Assembly: GCA_002497025.1 (NCBI GenBank) | Contig: DAMG01000041.1 | Location: 1 to 44,747 of the forward strand | DNA length: 44,747 bases | Direction: 5' to 3' | Origin: Euryarchaeota archaeon UBA126 | GTDB taxonomy: Archaea > Thermoplasmatota > Poseidoniia > Poseidoniales > Thalassarchaeaceae | Shown: positions 39,001 through 44,747 of the stretch, in pieces | Layout of the letters: the number at the start of each line of letters is the position of its first letter | Numbering within the stretch: the stretch's first letter is position 1 | The notes under the pieces: model-generated | Seen by the model: only the letters and a program-made list of their open reading frames with translations | What the model was told of the DNA's origin: nothing | Databases searched by the model: none | Program-made: the position numbers and the translations under genes

Positions 39001-42000
39001 CGAGACTCTAACCCTCGATCCTTTCCCGGTCGCTTCTGGTGGAACCGACTTCACTTACCTAACATTTGATTACTTTGCAGAGGGTGATTTCCTTTCAGAT
39101 CAGCAAGGGAACATTCTAGCAATACGTGACGCTGCTGGCCTAGAAATTGAGTGGTCTAAGGGTGGAGAAATCTATAGTGGAACCGTTTGGGGAAGCTGGA
39201 CAGATCTTAACGAAAATGGACTAAGACCTTTCCAAGATGGTAGCGGTCTAGGTGCCTGTGAAGATTTCGATAACAATGGTCGATATGATGAGGTCGAATA
39301 TATGGGAGACCATTCCGACCGATACGAGTCTGTAGTTTGGTTTGATTCCGAAAGTCTAGTTAAGTCAGTAATCATTGATATGACTCACATAACTCTGCTA
39401 AACCAGACCTCTAACGATACCTTCGAGTGGAGGACGGAGTGCACAGATCTTTCCGGCTCGGAAGTCACCTTAACATGGAGATTCCAATCAAACGACGATG
39501 GGGTCAATGGAAATGCTGGTCTTGCCGGATTTGCAGTCGATAATATTCGTATCGATGAATTCACTTTCGAGGATGATGGAACTTACATCAACGACATCAA
39601 TGGACTTGATGCATCGGAGCGCGAAGACGTTACGGTGGCAACGCATGACTTCAAATCGGGAATTTACCGAATTGATGCAACAACACTATTCAATAGTACA
39701 ATTGAAGATACATCATGGTATAATAAAACTGAGATTACCACCGCAAATAATCATACCCAAATTATCTTCAGTATCGCAAGCGCGGACATAACTTTGATGC
39801 AACCAAATGTGCTTGATTGTGTTTCTGATATCACATACAAGTGCGTCTACACATATGATTCAGTCTCTCAGCACTCATTCACCGTTCCTCTTCTGAATGG
39901 TGTAATCGCAGGCGAGTATGAGGTGAACATGAAGATTGTAGATATGACAACAGGTCAAACTGTTTACGAACAGCCGGCAGATAATGGGCCGTTTGATCTT
40001 GAAGCCCATGCTCGAGACTTCGCTAATTGGACTGCACCTTACAACGGCTGGTACGATGGTCATCAATACAACATTAGTTTCTATGCTATATTGACTGAAG
40101 ATGGAGAGTCATCAGGAAATGATCGGTTCTTCGAAATAGAATTCTTTGACACTGTTGATGTCGCAATTCTGTCCAATCCTACTGACCAGAATCGTTTGCA
40201 GAGAGTTAAGCAGGACCTAGAGTCGATGGGAATGACATATACTCAGTTGTCAGTAAATGATTGGGATAGATACGCAACCGAGAACTGGATGTCTCATTAT
40301 GAGAAAATCTTGCTACCATGGCAGACTGATTACAATGTCGAGTACGGACAATATTACGAGACACTAGCTTCTACTAGAGAATCAGATGGTCTATCGGTTA
40401 CAGAAGTCCTAGAAGCATACATGGTTAATGGTGGAACTGTTCAGATTCACCTTGGCCCATATCGCAACGAATATCAGCCAAATAGGCTTCCTTTCGGAAT
40501 GGACATCGCTATGCGAAACCAATGGAATAACACAGTCACAAATGATGATCTAGTTATTGTCGATGCATACCACCCACTGATGAATAACGTCGATACTGCA
40601 GCCTTTGCAGGCGTTCACGGTGGCGCATACGTCGCATTAGCAGGACTCGATACAGCACAGGTACAATTCGACCAGATTCCACAAGTTTGTGGTGGTCGAA
40701 TTAGTGATCCAACCGGAACCTTCCATACTCTAATGCGAAGTGAATCGTTTGACTCACAGTCGTTACTTTCGATATGTAATCGCGGAGCAGGTGGGATGAT
40801 TGTTACCACCCTTGATGTTGAGAATCCAAGTTTCTCTCAACCATTTAGTGGAACATCTATGCCACTGTTATCCAATATGCTCGGCTATCAGGTAACTCCA
40901 TACCCAAGCAACTTCGGAATTGCGGGCGATGGATTTGACTTGACCGTGAACGGAGAAGCCCCTTCGATTGACACAGTTACAGGTGCCTACGCAACCATGT
41001 ACATCAAGTCGAACTCTGAACTGGATTTCTCATTCTTGACTTCTGATTCATCCTTGGCTGATGGTATTATTGCCGATTGGACATTACAATCTACAGACAT
41101 GAACGAGTCGGTTACAGGGTGGGAAGGAGAAATTATCGATTTCGGTGAAATTAGCCATATTCGTCAAAACAGTGCGAGCATACCTGCTCTTGGTAACTTC
41201 TGCGTTGGCGATTCGAGTTCCACAACTGGATGTAGAATCGGTGCAGAATGGCTTCTGACTCTGTATTTACACGATGACGAGGGCCACACAAGAATCACTT
41301 ACATCAATCTAGTAACAGATGATACATTGGCGGATGAATTCCGACCGAATGCAGATCTACAACTGATTGAGGACAGCGTTACAGATGAGTACGTAAGTCT
41401 TGAAGGAAGCAAAACCGTTGGAGGCATAGATTGGCCAATTTATCGGGTTAGATTGACCGACAGTGGTGACATCAGCCTATCCTTCGATTCTTCAGCAAGC
41501 TCTGATGACGACGCACCTGAGGGCGAGAGAGGAATTGAGATGTTTGAGTATCGTGTATTCTTTGATTATCCAGTAGATTCCTCGAGTCCAACTCTAGAAG
41601 GCCATACCTTCCAGGTGCCGGACGCAGCAGGTGGTGACATCTGGAATTATGTATTCCGTAACATGACTAGCGATGGAACGCTTGAGAACCAGATTAGGCT
41701 AGAATTGATTGTATACGATCGTGCTGGCAAGCAATCAGAAAAGGCACGAATATACTTCATTGTAGTTGGCGAGGACTTTGGAGACGAACCGCCAGTTGTG
41801 GATATTACTTCACCACGTTCTACTGATTCTCAGAGTCAAGATTTGGTCACAATCAATGGAATTGTGGAATCAGGTGCCGAAAACGGAGTCTTGATTGAGG
41901 TGGCTTTAGATTCAGCTCATTTGGATTTGACACCCTCTCCAAAGGCTACTCAGAAGGCACTAGGAAAATACAATTCTACAGGTCCAGCCTTACTTGGAGA

Positions 42001-42475
42001 TGGTGATACCTTCACAATCACTCTCAACATTGCAGACCTGTACTTGGAGACTACTGGAAAGCAGGTCACAATATACTGGAGAGTTGTTGAGGGAGATGGA
42101 AGCAGGTACACGTTGGATGACCAGTTTACAATTGACTTACTTCCTCGACCAAGTGACCCTTGTGTTCTGAATCCATCAAGCGATGGTTGTGAGTCAGAAA
42201 GTGGTAGTACCGACGTTATCATGTTCGCTGCTATCGGAGTTATCTTGGTTCTAGCAATTGTTGGTGTAACTCTAGTTGTGGTTAGATCGAGAGGTAAATC
42301 AGATGATGGCCAAGACACTGTTGAACAGTTTGGTGGTGTGGAGCAAATGGACCCTGTCGAAGCATACGTACAACAGATGGTCGGACAAGGCTATGACGAG
42401 GCTACTGCGAGGCAATATGCCGAGCAATATTACGCAGCATATTACGCCCAGCAAGGTCAAGGCGGCGGCAATTGA
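36044..42475 (+). CDS. Giant cell-surface protein: signal peptide, FG-GAP/VCBS beta-propeller, CARDB-like and jelly-roll domains, Ig-like domains, C-terminal TM and cytoplasmic tail
   Basis: Hydrophobic IAIFLVMLMLSSPMLSLVPSVSA; five DxD/NxDxxxD loops; VKNTG and VQNFG CARDB-like strands; FRFRS...GFAFDNISI and WRFQS...GFAVDNIRI; TM VIMFAAIGVILVLAIVGVTLVVV followed by RSRGK. Confidence 0.88.
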   Translation: MMSLSKNARNESKEGRIAIFLVMLMLSSPMLSLVPSVSASHITDYAVQRDPSFISIGDIDCDDDNDIVSASSMGHFITALYNDGNGGFGDRQDVFISNNDSFRAGFRDTADGTRVYVADVDGDGVNDVVYYQQNIRFVGGPMVPGNLTVLWGDCSERINNWNPSEAITVSNPYLQDMDVEDIDGDGDADIVMSVVDPTFTNNYINIYKGPDPTQITAQQTIPVPLTNGLHTNLILGHWGEDVLGGGGLPGGGVGDCEDLDIWLLRSPPYNTGVGFSNGHYDNMTVLEYDCTLGTYPNPLDATASGVHNFKLDADHNYPLYGIDISDTNDDGEVDLIAAVDGITGNISYATRSGSSWNTQNYVPLGDYLGASLTIADVNRDGHMDFFVPTEVTLTRLQDSTAQNQTYLLVDNLREINTVEIILGNPNGNGYLSSLSFDVGRRPTMAVPGQLAGGENSAYEIAIGQRDRSYRFANSAMWLDTQGWAGAGDFLSVLSLDNEDVGITEVSIAPAAYDPATGAAMIGEGNRFVNLTVKNTGLNPISGSVDVDLEVKEVLDGIDTLVYSNDFEGNIDNTNCPACSIALKSYTGEYSEGSSSWHEEWNASTDSNGSATDDWWEADRNPTTYMWAGMDHNDQDNDSGYYNNMDEAFIIENVDLTGADAAYLDLDLFCSAAFFELYLAEQYAVVERWLYEDSCGIEVWSDGNGWEQVFFTGGWDNERYFRLIGLGYDPEYNTYNGNFYTETVTTWTSYSGDDAIDLTRYAGEVVDIRFRFRSGLMGSVGPDGSSQETGLDGFAFDNISIRKTDVIFGTEEVVSQTLSFSDFAAGATEEVTLNADFIDNRTYYIKTELTNPSGFDNADATNDEVKFQITVKNLFDPGVAEEPWISLENGLRYASGDRDIEIRVQNFGNTLTDFQLETVVKNALPDLIAIEDFSGLEPIWEDDGNMNGSRLDDTNGDHPMLPQSRGVFNSFAYWLGDPDTGYGDNWDETLTLDPFPVASGGTDFTYLTFDYFAEGDFLSDQQGNILAIRDAAGLEIEWSKGGEIYSGTVWGSWTDLNENGLRPFQDGSGLGACEDFDNNGRYDEVEYMGDHSDRYESVVWFDSESLVKSVIIDMTHITLLNQTSNDTFEWRTECTDLSGSEVTLTWRFQSNDDGVNGNAGLAGFAVDNIRIDEFTFEDDGTYINDINGLDASEREDVTVATHDFKSGIYRIDATTLFNSTIEDTSWYNKTEITTANNHTQIIFSIASADITLMQPNVLDCVSDITYKCVYTYDSVSQHSFTVPLLNGVIAGEYEVNMKIVDMTTGQTVYEQPADNGPFDLEAHARDFANWTAPYNGWYDGHQYNISFYAILTEDGESSGNDRFFEIEFFDTVDVAILSNPTDQNRLQRVKQDLESMGMTYTQLSVNDWDRYATENWMSHYEKILLPWQTDYNVEYGQYYETLASTRESDGLSVTEVLEAYMVNGGTVQIHLGPYRNEYQPNRLPFGMDIAMRNQWNNTVTNDDLVIVDAYHPLMNNVDTAAFAGVHGGAYVALAGLDTAQVQFDQIPQVCGGRISDPTGTFHTLMRSESFDSQSLLSICNRGAGGMIVTTLDVENPSFSQPFSGTSMPLLSNMLGYQVTPYPSNFGIAGDGFDLTVNGEAPSIDTVTGAYATMYIKSNSELDFSFLTSDSSLADGIIADWTLQSTDMNESVTGWEGEIIDFGEISHIRQNSASIPALGNFCVGDSSSTTGCRIGAEWLLTLYLHDDEGHTRITYINLVTDDTLADEFRPNADLQLIEDSVTDEYVSLEGSKTVGGIDWPIYRVRLTDSGDISLSFDSSASSDDDAPEGERGIEMFEYRVFFDYPVDSSSPTLEGHTFQVPDAAGGDIWNYVFRNMTSDGTLENQIRLELIVYDRAGKQSEKARIYFIVVGEDFGDEPPVVDITSPRSTDSQSQDLVTINGIVESGAENGVLIEVALDSAHLDLTPSPKATQKALGKYNSTGPALLGDGDTFTITLNIADLYLETTGKQVTIYWRVVEGDGSRYTLDDQFTIDLLPRPSDPCVLNPSSDGCESESGSTDVIMFAAIGVILVLAIVGVTLVVVRSRGKSDDGQDTVEQFGGVEQMDPVEAYVQQMVGQGYDEATARQYAEQYYAAYYAQQGQGGGN

Positions 42476-42540
42476 GTAAACCCTCGGAAGGGGGATGCTC
42501 AAAACGCACCTTGAAGGCCTGTTGGTGACCGCCTTAGGCC

Positions 42541-43806
42541 ATGGACACGGGTGATACATACACTGTGGCAGACCTCTCTCTAGCAAAGGCAGGTGGCCTA
42601 AAGGTAGACTGGGCCCGAAGCAGAATGCCGGCTCTAGCAGTATTACGCGAAAAGGCAGAGAAAGAACTGCCTTTAGCCGGTCAAAGAATTGCTGGTTGCT
42701 TGCATGTTACTAAAGAAACCGCTGTGCTAATTGAGACCATTGAGGCCGCTGGCGGTAAGGTCTCTTGGTCCGGTTGTAATCCTCTATCTACTCAAGACGA
42801 TGTAGCGGCTTGGCTTGCGTCTGAGGGTTATGATGTACATGCTTGGTATGGTCAAAATACTGAGGAGTTCTACCAATCTATTGATCGTACTCTGAAAATA
42901 AATCCAACACTTACGTTAGACGATGGTGCAGACCTAATTTATCGAGTCCATAGTAAATTTCCAGAACTAGCAGAAGACGTAATCGGAGGAACCGAAGAAA
43001 CAACCACGGGAGTTCACAGACTCAGAGCGATGGGTGAGGCAGGAGAACTCCTCTATCCTGTAATTGCAGTCAATGACGCATCTACCAAGTGGGACTTCGA
43101 CAATGTACATGGAACAGGCCAATCAACCCTTGACGGAATCATCCGAGCGACTAGTGTGTTGCTAGCAGGCAAAAGCTTCGTGGTTGCCGGATACGGACAT
43201 TGTGGCAAGGGATTAGCCAACCGTGCTCGCGGCATGGGTGCCAATGTAATCGTCACGGAAGTCGATCCAATCGCTGCTCTGAAAGCAGTCATGGATGGAT
43301 ACCGTGTGATGCAGATGGATGATGCTGCAAAGATTGGCGACATATTCTGCACAGCAACTGGAATGAAGGATGTAATCATAGGGCGTCATTTCGACATTAT
43401 GAAAGAAGGAGCAATCGTTTGTAATACAGGGCATTATGATTGCGAAATCAATATTTCACATCTTGAAGATAGAGCCAAGAAAATTTACACGATTAGGGAA
43501 GATAACGAAGCTTTCCAACTCAAAGATGGCCGTACTATACATTTGCTTGCTCGTGGAAGACTGGTTAATCTAGCTGCAGCAGAAGGCCATCCAAGCGAAG
43601 TAATGGATATGTCATTCGCCAATCAATTCCTAGCGCTTTGCCGATTAGCGGCTGAGGGTCAAGGATACGACAATATCGTCTACGACATTAGTGCCGAACA
43701 AGATAGTGAATTGGCAAGGTTAAAACTCACAGCAGAAGGAATTAGTATCGATAGTTTGACCAATGAGCAACTAGCCTATCTGGAAGATTATTCTGCAGGG
43801 ACATGA
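42541..43806 (+). CDS. ahcY: Adenosylhomocysteinase
   Basis: GCLHVTKET, CNPLSTQD, LDDGADL, EETTTGVHRL, FDNVHGTGQS, GYGHCGKG, GRLVNL, GHPSEVMDMSFANQ. Confidence 0.97.
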   Translation: MDTGDTYTVADLSLAKAGGLKVDWARSRMPALAVLREKAEKELPLAGQRIAGCLHVTKETAVLIETIEAAGGKVSWSGCNPLSTQDDVAAWLASEGYDVHAWYGQNTEEFYQSIDRTLKINPTLTLDDGADLIYRVHSKFPELAEDVIGGTEETTTGVHRLRAMGEAGELLYPVIAVNDASTKWDFDNVHGTGQSTLDGIIRATSVLLAGKSFVVAGYGHCGKGLANRARGMGANVIVTEVDPIAALKAVMDGYRVMQMDDAAKIGDIFCTATGMKDVIIGRHFDIMKEGAIVCNTGHYDCEINISHLEDRAKKIYTIREDNEAFQLKDGRTIHLLARGRLVNLAAAEGHPSEVMDMSFANQFLALCRLAAEGQGYDNIVYDISAEQDSELARLKLTAEGISIDSLTNEQLAYLEDYSAGT

Positions 43807-43820
43807 GAAATAATTCAGAG

Positions 43821-44747
43821 TTAATCTTCGGATTCCTCAGCCTCTCCCCACCAACTTTCCGTGTTTGAAAAATCTGGTAGTTTTGGTTTCCACTTTTTAT
43901 CAATAATTTCGTCTGATTGTATAATTTTACTATGGCGGTCTTGGAAGGCTTCAGTTCGTTTTCCAATCGTATGATTGTAGAGTTTACTACCGCGAATTTC
44001 GGTAGGCACACAGATCTTTGCTGAAGTTGCCTCTACATCGATTGCCCTTTCTAAGTCGAGTGCGTGTCGGTTTAGTTTTTGCAATAATCCAGCACCGGCT
44101 CGACTTATCCCCGAAAATAGACCTAGAATAATCAAAAACACCAAAATGAAGCCATATTGACTACCTCCAAGTGCACTCATGGCTATAGTGCCAATAATGA
44201 ATACAATTGGAGCAACAAAAGTGAACAGGAAGAAAGTCTCAGAGAGTGGTTTACGAGTTTTCATTCGACCGATTATCTCCCATCGAGGATGTTTGGGATT
44301 TTGTGGCCTGAATATTTCCTCTTTCTCCATTTTGGCCGCCTTGTCAACCATCTGTCTAACTCGATCCATATTCATTAGTTGCTTACGGTCTGGTTGTTCC
44401 ATCCCTGAGTCGAACATGATTTCCAACAACTCGCTAGCTTCGGAATACATCCCAAGTCGTACAAGAATGGCAATTTGTTCGATTAGTGGTGTCACATCTC
44501 CGGGGTTGACTTGCCTTCTTTGCTGCCACCACTCAAGTGCCTCTTCTAGCATACCTAGGTGATCAACGAGAAGAATTCCTCCTAATGCCCACGATTCTGT
44601 ATCCTCCGGTTCCAGTCTCACGACATTTTGTAATGCGGCATAAGCACTAGCCGCTTGTGATAAAGTAGGCATATCTTGTACACCTCTCCTTGCGGCTGGA
44701 AGAGTCATCCTTGCGGTCATTTTCCAAGCGGCGGCATGGTCAGGCTC
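43821..44747 (-). CDS. TPR-containing membrane protein; 5' truncated
   Basis: The frame stays open to the window edge (EPDHAAAWKM...). TPR-like units (VVRLEPEDTESW, NPGDVTPL) are followed by two TM helices. Confidence 0.75.
   Translation of the reverse strand, partial: EPDHAAAWKMTARMTLPAARRGVQDMPTLSQAASAYAALQNVVRLEPEDTESWALGGILLVDHLGMLEEALEWWQQRRQVNPGDVTPLIEQIAILVRLGMYSEASELLEIMFDSGMEQPDRKQLMNMDRVRQMVDKAAKMEKEEIFRPQNPKHPRWEIIGRMKTRKPLSETFFLFTFVAPIVFIIGTIAMSALGGSQYGFILVFLIILGLFSGISRAGAGLLQKLNRHALDLERAIDVEATSAKICVPTEIRGSKLYNHTIGKRTEAFQDRHSKIIQSDEIIDKKWKPKLPDFSNTESWWGEAEESED

Noticed and set aside
42476..42540. SAH/SAM riboswitch upstream of ahcY
   Set aside because: Only 65 nt, no recognisable riboswitch consensus, and a promoter-like box 24 nt before the ATG implies a leaderless transcript; the short GGCCT/AGGCC stem is weak evidence.
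1478..44562. Numerous 60-140 aa antisense or alternate-frame ORFs nested in long genes
   Set aside because: Shadow ORFs of well-supported genes with no motifs or independent start signals.

Overview
A gene-dense stretch of core chromosome from a euryarchaeon. The gene set (RadA, Hel308, Cgi121, RpoK, archaeal Rqc2, A1:U72 tRNAs) mixed with bacterial-type heme A/O synthases, KorAB, KynA, AcnA and very large acidic membrane-anchored surface proteins suggests Marine Group II / Ca. Poseidoniales; this assignment is inference, not a search result. I find 29 protein genes (two truncated by the window edges, one missed by the ORF track) and two tRNAs (initiator Met-CAT, Gln-CTG). I see no integrase, transposase, CRISPR array or rRNA. 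The most notable signals are: (i) a ~2,140-aa integrin-alpha-like surface protein with a UBA-like cytoplasmic tail; (ii) a membrane-anchored kexin/furin-type protease on a stalk with an exact 282-nt repeat period; (iii) an orphan HExxH...EExxA metalloprotease-like gene divergent from rqc2; (iv) cis-elements: a non-canonical TT(C/G)AA(G/A) box 21-24 nt upstream of many starts, a recurring CCCC-WWW-GGGG palindrome, and a CTG-N10-CAG (SOS-box-like) palindrome upstream of radA. All functional calls come from motif reading only.
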